Source: Octopus vulgaris
Lineage: Eukaryota
Length of the DNA: 64,000 nucleotides
Assembly: GCA_951406725.2 (NCBI GenBank)
Contig: OX597817.1
Span: forward strand, 116,994,001-117,058,000
Reading direction: 5' to 3'
The number at the start of each line of letters is the position of its first letter. Within the stretch, counting starts at the first letter, position 1. Shown piece by piece: positions 13,219 to 25,663 of the stretch. The notes beneath the pieces are model-generated. The model searched no databases. It worked only from the letters and a program-made list of their open reading frames with translations, and was not told where the DNA came from. Both the position numbers and the translations under genes were made by a program.

Positions 13219-15255
13219 ATCCTTATTGGTGTCAGTATTGTTGCTGTTACCATTGCCTTCATAAGTTCACTCACCACCTCCACCATTTGTAAAATAAATA
13301 AGAAATATATTTTATTGAAACTGCTGTTTCGATTCAATCATGTCCCTCTTGTTTACAGATACACTATACTATACTATACTATACTAAATTTCTGAAATAT
13401 TTAATCACTTTTACACCGAAATCTAAAATCGAAATCTTCAGTTATGTGTGGGTGAAGATATACATTAATGAGGGTGTGTATGTAGAAATAAATGCGCAGC
13501 TGCGCTGAATCTGAAACACTATAATGCTTTTACTCATTGAGAAATGTATGAATGTTGCACAGGAACATTTGTCTTCTCCAACAAATGCGAAATCGTATGC
13601 TTCTGTAATAAATGTATAAAAGAAACAGCTGAAGCAAGTTGGGTTTGGTAGAGGTGATAACATCAAAAGCATAGACCTGAAACTCTGTATAGGAATAAAA
13701 ACTGCATCTATACGTCCATCTAAACATAGAAATCGGTTCTTAGTTACGGAAAATATCTATGGAAAGCCTACAATGACTCAGTCTGCCTGGAAGATAATGA
13801 AAAACCCAAACACAATACTTTCAATAGAATTGATTAAAATTAATGTTGAAACAAATATTCCTGAAAGAAAACAAAGAGAAATATTGGTAATAATTTTGCC
13901 ACGGACAGTTTTATTTTACAGAAATAATGATGTATTCTTGGCTTATATGTTTTAGAATAGCTGGAATTTGATATAGCTTAGCTATTTTCGTTGAGACTTT
14001 TTTTTATCTTGAACTATAGTAATGGAAATTCACAGAAACATCCCATTTATATGGCTTCTATCTATTGTTCTAAATAGACTGAAAAATTTAGCGTTACACT
14101 GTTGTTCTTCTAGTAGTTTTATAATTTTTCTTTATATCTTTTTTAGCATTCAGAACAAAACTTAGTTTCACCGACTTTGTTCACGTTTGATAAAAAATAT
14201 TTTTACGGCTGAATTTTTTACATCAGGAATTTGTAAAATATATATCAAATAAAAATCCTTTTTTTAGGTAATAAATTACTAAATGCATTTAATGATGAAT
14301 GATGCTAAGTAACTAATTTACTAAATTTAACAAATTTTAATTCGCCAAGAATTCGGATTCGTTTTCACTGTCTGAAATGTTATTTTTTTTCATTTTATCA
14401 TTTTGGGGGATTTTGGATAGTAATGCGTATAGCATGTGAAATGAACTGAACGTAGAATGGAGGCCTCGTAATCATAATACAGACATAAATAATATTCCAT
14501 TCACTTATGATGCATGGATGTAGCAATTTTTCGAAAACTTGTAGATTTTTATGTCCAGCATTCATACATTTTGCACTTGATATTTATGTAATTCTTGTTC
14601 TATGCTCCACAGCAAAATCAGCATTCACTAAAGCAAAACTACAATAAAATGAATCTCTTTTTGCATCTTACAATGTTCGACTATAATTTCTTTAAAACAA
14701 CAAATTGTGGCGAGATGGATATGTCGAAAATTTCATTGAAGCTATGTTGTAATTCTTGTATCACATTGTGGATTGCTGTGGTGATATGGCTGTTGTATTT
14801 GTGTTGTGATTGTTATTGTTTAGGATGAGAACAATTCCTAAGGAGCTGACATAGGATCGATGTGATGAATCAATTTATACAATGGTTTCCTTCAATCTAA
14901 GTTCAACTCATTGATCACTGTTGTAAGAATTCTAAATATATTTCAGTGCTATGTCGTGCAGGACGAGTAACCACATAACCACTGAATCGTTGTGACGTAA
15001 CCACATATACACTGACTCGTTTTCACTTGATACATGCTAATATTGTTAATATAAATAAAAAAATAATCGCGTCTATCTATGCCAAACAAAACGATAATCT
15101 ACAATCCAGTTTCTTTTCCCCTTCAGAATCGTTTCAATTTATATTATATTTGATTATATACATCGTAATAATGATCTGAGATATTACACATTTAATGTGG
15201 AAAATGTCCACATTAAATTTTATGAGTTTGTTTCTTTGGACAAACAGCTCTTTAA

Positions 15256-17721
15256 CCCTTGGTCTACCAGAGGATATGTATGTCACTAATTACCAACTGG
15301 GTCCAATGTACCCAATATTTTGTTTTAATTATATTTTATTAAAACTACCCACTATTTCTTAGCCGTATTATATATACTATCAGGTTAATGAAAAATTATG
15401 GTTTCTCACAAATTTTACTAAGATAATACAGCTTACAGAATATATTATAAATTGTAAAACATTACAAAAATACTGAATTACAATTCTTCATGGCAGTGAA
15501 AACAGACAACATTGGAATGTTCTTTGCAAACGTGGATATTACAACTCTTACATGTGGTACGCATTTTTGGGGCCACAATGAACAACTTCTTTTTTTCTTT
15601 GGCTGAGGAATCTCAAAGGAGTTTGAAGATTGTCTTCTTTTCTTGTTTGGTTGAGAAATTTTAGCGGAACTAGAAGATTGTTTGTCATGTTCTTGTTTAG
15701 CATTAACTCCAGCAAGTTCCTTTCCTAACTGAATTAGGCACTGTCATCTTTTATCCTTGAAACTTTGCAAGTGAAGCTGTTTAACAACAATGTAAGCATT
15801 CGCTGCACTTATATCAATCATGTTGTAGAATATAACCATAGGCCATCTCCGAGTCATTCTTTTGCAAGTGTATTGCCTTAACATCTTATCTAGAGAACCT
15901 CCTCCTCCTTTTATTTTGTTGTAACAAGTAATAACTTCAGGTTTCTTTTCAGCACGTTTTCGATAAATTTACGTCTGGGAGTGCATTGTACTTGTAAATG
16001 CGATTACATATTTTTTCTTGGGACAATAAGACAGGATCATAGAATCATTTTGAAATCCAAATATTGTGCAGTTGATTTCTCTTTCTTTTCCATTTGTGAA
16101 AGCACTTGGAAGTTCAACTCTGTTCTTTCTAATTGTTCCAACTAAATAGTTTTCTCGCTAAGCAGCGTTCGAGCCAACCCTAAACTTTTAAAAAAATTAT
16201 CACAAGTTATATTGCGACCAGTATTTTTCAAGTTCTTTTACAAGGTCTTCAACAACTCTTGAAGCTTGATTTGTCTCTCTTCTTTTTTACTAGGTCTTTT
16301 CCAGTGTAGATTTGCTTTTTCCAGGCATAAGATGTTTCACTGTCGCATATTGCTGAAATTTTAATTCCATATTTACCTGGTTTTAAGGAATATATACCCG
16401 GAATGGGCAGCACTATCTGAATCAAACTAATTATTCATCAGTTGTAATGCATGAACTTGTAACATGTCCATCTTGCAAATTATGATTCTACACTTCAAAT
16501 ACTTTTCTTGTGGGCTCTAATTTCTCATAACTTCTCTTTTTTCCTTTTTCTCGTACCAGCATCAACAACATACCATACTTGTAAAATCTGTTGAAATATT
16601 TCCCTGCTCATAATTTTTTTGAATATATTCTTGACTCCATAACTGTGTGACGTTTTCGTGTTTAGATTTATAAACATTTATAAGAATAATCAGTACAATA
16701 AATTTCTTTAGTTCTGAGTGAGCAATTTCCTTCGATTTGTTTCTGCAAAGAACGTGACTGTTAACATTTGTCTACTTACGAATTACTTCAAGAAGGTTCT
16801 GGAGCATAAAGATAGTAAAACATGTTTCAATGCTATCGGTATATCTTTCAGGAAAACAGGATGGTCCACATTCTTGGCGCACAATATTGCAAGATGAAGT
16901 TCTTACCGCTGCTTCAGTAAGAGGATTAGAATGCCAAACTTCATGTCTGCCTCTAGAAACATATTGCTCATTCATAATTGGATGACTTGCAGAAAATAGC
17001 TTTTAGATATCTCTGTCATCTGGTAACACAAAACCTAAAATGTCAAGCACAAAATCACCTTCACCATCATCTGCAGATCAATAGAAGGAATCACTATCTT
17101 CTTCCCATTCCTCATCTAATTCCAGTAACCATTTCGATATTTCGTTTGCACTCAAGGTTTCGTCTCTTGTCATATTGGAAAGCACAACTCTACTATATGA
17201 AGCTTGATAGCAGACTAAAGGCAGATATTCCTCTCTCACATATTTATACTCTCCTGAAAGATGATGTAATATATTGTAAGAATTGCGTCATCACCTGGAA
17301 ATATTGCACCACCCTATAACCTAGCGGATTGAAGGTGATGCAATGCCATACAAATTTACAGGAATATTTTCATAAATTTTCTTCTTTTATCTAAACTTCA
17401 GCAAATAAATTGAATATAATTTTATCTATTTTATGTCTGATAAATATCTAGGAAAAAAATTTGATACTGCTTTTATTCTATTTAGAATGAAAGGAGTATT
17501 GTCTGAATATAATTTAAGGGTCCAGTGAACCAATGCGGTAATTAATGTATGAAGTGAAATTTTTAGCTTTTCTAAACATATGGAAATTTCCCATTTGACA
17601 ATTAATAGACAAGAAAAAATAAGAGTCACGAGGAATCAGCAGAATCAAATAATATACACGGTAAGAAAAAGCAACTGAAAAAAACTGAAATGGGTTTTTG
17701 AATCCATTGGTAGACATAAGG
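15256..17721 (-). mobile_element. piggyBac DNA transposon, full length (~2.47 kb), transposase pseudogenised
   Basis: TTAA at 15252-15255 and 17722-17725; imperfect TIRs CCCTTGGTCTACC / GGTAGACATAAGG. Minus-strand motifs CPFRVYIP.KPGKYGIK, GRNITCDNFF, VGTIRKNR, RRWPMVIFYNMID and C-terminal CKSCNIHVCKEH. Confidence 0.88.
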
Positions 17722-19967
17722 TTAATGTATAAATCGAATAACAATGCGATTGTGGTGATTGTGATTTCACCAACGTTATTAAAAATGTAAGCAAAGTTAT
17801 TTGGTCCTCGTAGGAATATAAATAAATATATATACTTCCTATACCGATCTTAAGACAGTAGTGAATATACAATTTATTTTGTCTTTTTTTAAATAAGAAC
17901 TAGATCGAAATTTTTAGAGAAGTATATTAACCACTCGAAGCAACCATGAAATAAACGTATTGCAACATATCTGAAATAATGCAAATAAATTGGACAAGGA
18001 CTATAAAATTAGGAAATGTTGTAATACATTTAACATGGTCCTGTATATTTTCTCAATCCTTACCAATTTCCTCTGCGAGATAAATTGGGTAAAAGCTTTA
18101 TTTTTAATTCCTTATTTCCCAAAATGGAAATATTCTTTCATTTTTTTGAAAAAAATCACCACGATTCAATTGAAGATGTTTTATTACCTCAAATAATTTC
18201 GATGGATTCTTTGTGGAATATGTTAGAATTGGAGAAAAATTTAGATATTCATTTTTATATATGAGATGTTTTACGTCAGCTTGATAATTGTATTTATTAT
18301 ATTGGTTTTCTTTAAATGTTTTTCTTATGCCACTATATTTAACTAGCTGCCTGATAACATTATTAAAATTGTTGGCAAATGAATTTTTAAGTTCGAAGTG
18401 GATGGACATGTTGAAATCTATTTTCCGGCAAATTATTCCTTAATGTATGTGTAAATTGTTAGTCTCTGAAAAGCAGTTCCAAAATGTCTATTAATGATAG
18501 AGAACAGAAAAAGAAACTATGATATCAATAAAATATCGAGTCACAAAATAAAACATACATACACAAGCTCATCACCATATTGCATAGCTGTAAACATATT
18601 TGATAATGCGCATCGTGGAGGAAAACTTGCAAATCTTATATATTTAAATAACTATTGGTTGTTTCAGATATTACATCTTGAATATAAGGTGGACTTCTTG
18701 AAAAGGAGAGATTGGCAACAAGCGGATATTAAACATTGGGATTTCAAAAGTATATCGACACTATCACTTCCTGGTTTATCCATTAGTTATATGAGACAAA
18801 ATGAATTCGCTTCAGATAAATAGATCTATTATGCCACATACTGATAAGTAATGTCAGAACGCACAAAACAGCGGCAAAACAAGCCGAATGCTAATGTGTG
18901 TAAGGGGAAGTAAGTTACATAGACTGAATATTAGTTTGACCTCGTCAACATTTTCATCATCAAATTAAAGCCAAACTATTATAAGCTTCATAATATTCGA
19001 GATATTTCTCCTCCCTCTTGTAGTCATGATCATCGCAGTCATCATCTTGTGTATAATCATCGTCTTCGTCGTTATTCCCATCGTCGTCGTCGTCATCATC
19101 ACTGTCTTTGACGATTATAGTAGTATCGTAATGTTTCTCTACAGAATCTATCTTTATTGAATGCCCCTCCCTCTTGTCCCATTATTAGCATCATTAATGT
19201 CATGAACACCAACAACCAATGATTAAACAGCGTTTGCAATCTAAATCATCTTTTCATCGCTGGTATTACGAAAAGCTCTGACATTTGCAGTCATGCAAGT
19301 TTATACCACTTCCATCCACACTACCATTACCAAAACATATACACACTCTTCTTTCCAAGTTAAAATCCCTATGAAAGTTACGGTTGAAATAATTTCAGTT
19401 ATGGCCATCATGTTCATATTCATTAAGGAACGATATATATAAGAATTACTTTATTCAACGTAGCACATTTCTCTAAATCTGGGAGTAAGAAGAAGCGTGT
19501 TTTGATTGCTGATTGAACAGCTGTGTAGTAGCTCCCTTTGCGTCATATGACCAAATGTTGGCTAAATCAGTAGACTGACACACTACTTTTTTGTTTTTGG
19601 TATTAATTACGATTATCTAAAAAATTCATTTAGCTTAACTCGAAGAAACGATAGCAGCAATATACAAAATATTGATCTATTGTCAACTATGCTTTTCTTG
19701 CCTCACCTCCGCATCACTTCAAATAAGATTCAAAATGCACGAAACAATGCGCTTTGTGCCATTAACATTTGTTCACAGACAACGACTTAGAGAGCGCTGG
19801 CAAAATTAATTACTGTACTATTAGTTTTAATTATCTGCTCATGCGTAAAGTATAGATTTGTTGAAGGATACGCCAACTCTGTAAGTACCGGCCTTTAAAT
19901 GTGGATTGTTTTGTGACAGCTAAGCACGGCTAAATCACCCGGAAAACATCACTACACCTGCATCATT

Positions 19968-20097
<130 letters not shown>

Positions 20098-21351
20098 CAG
20101 CAGTATAAATGACAGTATTTGCTACATTACTAGCCAGTATGAATATCAATTAAGAATAACTATTACCCAGCATATATTCAAGTCCATCTTGTTAAACGCT
20201 TCCACGGGCAAATGCACGCATATTGGTTTACGAAAACAAACCGGATAGTAAAAACATAATACACCATACATTACACATCATCATGTTTCCCTTCTGGTAT
20301 CAGCTGCTGCATGTTTGGATGCGAAGCGTATTTCTCAAATAATTTGAGGCCTAATATAAGTGCTAAGATAAATCAATAGATCATAGTTGTTGTATTGTCG
20401 ACGTGAAAGGACTCACGCTATTTCGATCAACAATTAACTTTGTGACCGTTGGTTAGTGAAAGTCCTCTTGATTGAATGGTTCCTCCATATTTATGGCGCT
20501 GATGATGGAGAAAACTAATCATTCATACAATATACGAGAACAAAAATTGCGACGACGAGAGGGAGGAAGGCATGGGTTTTCATGTTGCATATTACGATTT
20601 TTTTAAAACTCCAAAGCGTTCAGTTCTAGCCATGAAGTATACGTATTGGGGTAAAGGTTTCGTTTCAGCAAAGATGTATCTAGGTCCACGGCCATCTGAA
20701 TAGCACTGAAACCATATTGCTTTCTGTTATTTTTATGAATTTCCGTGACGAATATTTGACATGAAAAGTCTATCGCTCATATAATCGGCCTATGCATCAC
20801 TTTTCACTGTGTCAATGATAAACTCTCATAGGATGATCAGGAATATCCTACGACTAAACAATTAAACAACAACCTCCAGCGTGTATGCAGTCTGGTTCAT
20901 TGACTTTTCACCGTATCTAAACATTCGAAGTTGCTAATGTGTGTTGATAAAGAGATACCGATAAGTGCTCTGAGCACTAAGTTATATCACCTTACCTTTA
21001 CTATTCAAGTTTAGCTAAACTTCATAATTAAGGATTAATTTACTTCTATTAACAGAAAAGAAAGTGATAATCTCCAGTTATCCATTACATTTTGTAAGTT
21101 ACCATGTATCTTATGAAGGAAACTAAAACTTTTAAATATGTAACCTAAACGTAGGGGTTACTCTGGTTTGAGACCAATAGCTTCTGCGTGAAAGAATCCA
21201 TGATCAGAGTTAATTTGCTCGTGATATTGATTGCGAGCTTCAGTGACATGGCACTATTGTACCAATTGCAGTGTTATTAGATATACCTTTGAAAATACAA
21301 TGTATATGAAACTAGATGCCACCGAAAAAATTCTTCAACACAGGTAAAAGC

Positions 21352-21479
<128 letters not shown>

Positions 21480-21529
21480 CACAATATTTTAAGATGCTTA
21501 CTTTATTCATTCAAATGACAGAATCGGTA

Positions 21530-21625
21530 AAAGGCAGCGAAACTTGGCTACATTCTGCTTTGAGTTCAAATTCTACCCAAGTTCTCTTTTCTCTTAGTCA
21601 TTCAGTGATGGATAAAATAGTTATT
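21530..21625 (+). mobile_element. Partial degenerate SINE of the 59.5-kb family
   Basis: TGAGTTCAAATTCT B-box-like motif followed by a similar body. Confidence 0.4.
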
Positions 21626-22810
21626 AGGGCTGAGAATTTGTCTAAACCATTGACGGTATTGTTTTCTGATAATGAAATGTCCATTCATCAAACTTATGTA
21701 AATAGGAAGTTTAAATGAGCAGAACATAAACAATGTTTATATAATAAATGTTCACAAGCCACTCAGAGGTAGAAATATTCAGCAATTAAGAGCTGAGGTT
21801 CCGAATAATAATCTATGCGTTCAAATATCGTCACTTCTCGCAGCATAAGTATTGGGTTGTGTTCCAGAACAGGGTAGAAATGTTCAACTCCAACAGTATT
21901 GAATAATTCGTGAGTAGTGGTAGGAAGGGCTTGTATCTCTGAACAAAACTATTTCAACAACACAATGGAACCATATGAAAACTAAAGATAATGGGTGGAT
22001 AATATTCATAGATTATTCACAGCTAATATCAACTTTTACAGACTAGAACTGAGTTATGATAATTTCAGTCCTTGGAAATAGTCAATTTAAGACACGAATT
22101 TGAGACATTTCTAAGTTAAATGTCAGAAATCAAAATTCCTTTCAGTAAACGAATCAAATTAATGATTCACATCATAAAACATATCACACAGAGAAAGGAA
22201 ACAAACGTCTCGAAAATCAAATGCAATAAACACTTCATTAAGAGGCAGTTAGCGCACACATTTGAACACATGATAAACAAAAATAACTGTCACAAAATAA
22301 ATCATAACAGAAGTTGATATCAATAAACATCACTCTTTGCAATTCTTTAGTAAAATTCATCATGAGGAAAAGTATAAAACAAAAGTTGCTCCCGTTCATC
22401 ACCACAAAAGTTTTAGGCATATATTCTCTTTTTGAAGATACCTAGGAAGCGTCTACATCTAATCCATTATAAGCTTTTCTATCTTAGTTTGTTCGTTTAT
22501 GCGTTTATGTTTTTATACATTCCTTTTTCTTCTATTTTTAATCCATTGAATCATATCATTTGTCAGTTATTTGTGTTTGCTATTTTGTGTAATGCATAAC
22601 TCCCACAGTGATCTGCAGCTTAAATGCGATTTGTGGAATAAACATAGAACATGAACTCTAGAAATGTGAAATATTATACGCTAGATGGTTCATACAATCA
22701 CTCTGACATATACACATGTATGAATATATATGTTGGAATATATGTGTGTACAGGTTGATAGAGAATCTTATAAATGTACATAGATTAATTGATACATATA
22801 GATGATATAC

Positions 22811-22975
22811 ACCGGCATGCTAAAAAGTTCTTGGATTTGGGTAAACAAAAATACAGAAGAATCAGTTCATTATGACTTTTTTCAGCCATTCCCCCTCTTA
22901 AATTCACACACTTATTGCAGCGGTCATTTAATTTCCCCAAGCCCTGTAAAATAACTCGGAGGTGTGGGCCTTCAA
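22811..22975 (-). mobile_element. mariner 3'-end remnant
   Basis: GLGKLNDRCNKCVNLRGG.AEK matches the mariner transposase C-terminus (cf. KQWEKCVNLGGSYVEE at ~32250). Confidence 0.6.
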
Positions 22976-23090
22976 CCAGTGATTTTGTGATACTCTTTAA
23001 AATATGAACCTTCAACAACCCTTCGTTATTTTAATAGAAGATATTTTGCTCATCCATCTCTCTCTCCCATAATCTCTTTCTCCCTCTTTC

Positions 23091-23129
<39 letters not shown>

Positions 23130-23249
23130 TATATATATATATGTATATATATGTACATACATGCATATAAACATACACACACATACACACAGGCACACAC
23201 AAACACGCACACACATACACAAACACAGACACGCACACACAGTCACATA

Positions 23250-24555
23250 TTTTGGGTCATTCCATAAATAATGTTGTTCTTTCAATTCCCTGAACTAAAA
23301 GTGGGAGGGGGACGGGAAAAACTACCTGCATCAACTGCATAGTTGATCAACCTGCATCAACTATGTAAGCAGATAATAATTTTACCATGTCCGTATTCTT
23401 CGAGCAAGTTTTGAAGAGTGGAGTTCGATTTTAAGAGTTATTCATATAATGAAAGTGACAAAGGAGCAATTACGGCATCTTTTGCTTTATGAGTTCAAAA
23501 ACGGCAACAACGCAACGGAATGTGCGAGGATTATTAATGCAGTTTATTGGGATCGGACAATAGGCGTAAGCCAGTGTCAACGGCAGTTCCAGAAATTCCG
23601 AGCCGAAAACTACAGCCTAGAATACAAGCCTTGATCTAGAAAATATGTAGAGCTCGACGAGGACGTCCTGCAAACCCTGGTGGAAGAGAATCTAATGGTA
23701 AATGTTGAAGAACTAGCAGAGAAGCTTGGATTTGTTAATTTAACAAGGGAGATATATATACACATACATCGATACCTGCATGCAATCGGAAAAGTCAGCA
23801 AATTGGCATAATGTGTTCCTCACAATCTTTCCTAGTCTCATTGCGCGCTCTTCCTTGCTGTCACTTCTCACGAATGAACATTTTGTTCGACCGAATAGTG
23901 ACTGGTGACAAAAAATAGGTTCTCTATAAAAATGTCAAGCGCCGAAGACAGTGGATAGGGAAGGGAGAAACACCAGTTCCTGGCCTAAAGAAGTTCTTCA
24001 CCCACGTAAGGTATTCTTAATCTCTTTGGTGGGATATGCAATGTTTAGTCCACTTTGAACTTTTAAACACAAACCAAACGATGACAAAGGAGATCTACTG
24101 CGAACATCTTGAGCGGCTTAAGTCAGCGGCAGAAGGAAAATTACCTTCATTGGTTTCAAGACCAAAGGTGTTCTTCCATCAGGATAATGCTCTGCCACAT
24201 ACAGCGAGTATGACATTCCAAAGGCTGGGACGATTTGAATGGGAAACGAACCCCCACTCACTATATTCGTCGAACATTGACCCATCTGATTATCATTTAT
24301 TCTGCTCTTCAAAATTATTTGGACGGAAAAAATAAGAATTCTGTAGATGAGGCTAGAAGAGTAGTGAAGGACGATTTTTCATCACGGACAAGTGAATTTT
24401 GGAAGAGGGGGGGCTTCTAAGTCTACCAGATAGATTGAAAAGCATTGTAGACAAAGAAAGAGAGTATATTTTAAGCTAAAAATAACTTTGTTTATCTTAA
24501 GTTTGAAAACTTAAAGAAGTATAAGATAACCGCATTATTTATGGATGACCCATCA
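23250..24555 (+). mobile_element. Full-length degraded mariner element (Hsmar1/cecropia-like)
   Basis: TIRs TGGGTCATTCCATAAATAATG / CATTATTTATGGATGACCCA with TA flanks. Transposase fragments EQLRHLLLYEFKNG, RIVTGD, FHQDNALPH and YSSNIDPSDYHLF. Confidence 0.9.
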
Positions 24556-25380
24556 TATAATGGGCAAAGTAGCTTTTTCTAAAATCTCTAAACGAAACAC
24601 AAGCAGTAACAATACTGGACGGTAACATTATTTGCCACTATAACATGGGTATTCAATACAGAACTATGTTACTACATTTTAACCCCAGGAAAACCTTTTC
24701 CAGTTGGTTAATGATACACTACTTGTGTCTAATAATTCAGGGAGTGAATTATTCTCGTTCAGCTTGGCAACACCAGTAGACCATGGTATTCGGGTCTTTA
24801 ACGTCATTGGTTCTGGATACCTATCAGCTAGAGATGGCAGTTAATCGTCCCTATTCACAATATATAAACAGAGAATGAGCAGATAGTTGCTCATCAGCGG
24901 AAGTCGGCCGCTTCTCAGAAAGGGTCTTTCAACTATTAGGTTTAAAAAGGGTCTTTCTGCTACTAGACGGATGTAACGTAATGAAATAATAGTATACGTG
25001 CGACAGGCAAACACCTTTTTTCTATACAACAAGATGAAATTAATTGTACAAATACAACATAAATAAATAACAGAAAGGGTCTTTCGACTATCAGACGAAC
25101 GTACTGGGCTGGTGCTCAGGAGAAATGGAAAATCTTAACAGACCGAGCGGGAGGACAGACGAACGTAACCGGTATGGATGACGGCTGGTCTAAAAACAAC
25201 GACAATGCATTGGCCGGAAAAGGATCACATGGTAGGAAAGGGAAAGAGTTGTAGAGGGCATGGGGATTAAAAATCAGAGGGAGGGTAGGAAAGTGGGACA
25301 AAGGAATAAGAGAGAGGGAAAAGAAATCAGGGACTAAAGAATGAAAGGGAGGGGAAGTGAGAGAGAGGCAGAGAGGGAGA

Positions 25381-25381
25381 C

Positions 25382-25454
<73 letters not shown>
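25381..25454 (+). repeat. (GATA)n microsatellite
   Basis: Seen directly. Confidence 0.95.
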
Positions 25455-25456
<2 letters not shown>

Positions 25457-25663
25457 GGGAGAGAGCGAAAATGTACAAGAGAAATAAGGGTAGAAGAAAA
25501 GAAGAGGGAAGGGGATAAGAGTGAAGGAAAATGAAATCACAGAGATAGGACGGAGAGGGAAGGCATGAGAGGGAAACACACAGAAGGAAGATACGGGGGA
25601 GATATATATACACATACATATTTAAATATATGTGTTTGTGTATATATATATATATATATATAT

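Noticed and set aside
14967-15026. Two 30-bp tandem units GTAACCACAT...CACTGA.TCGTT
   Set aside because: A simple local duplication with no further structure.
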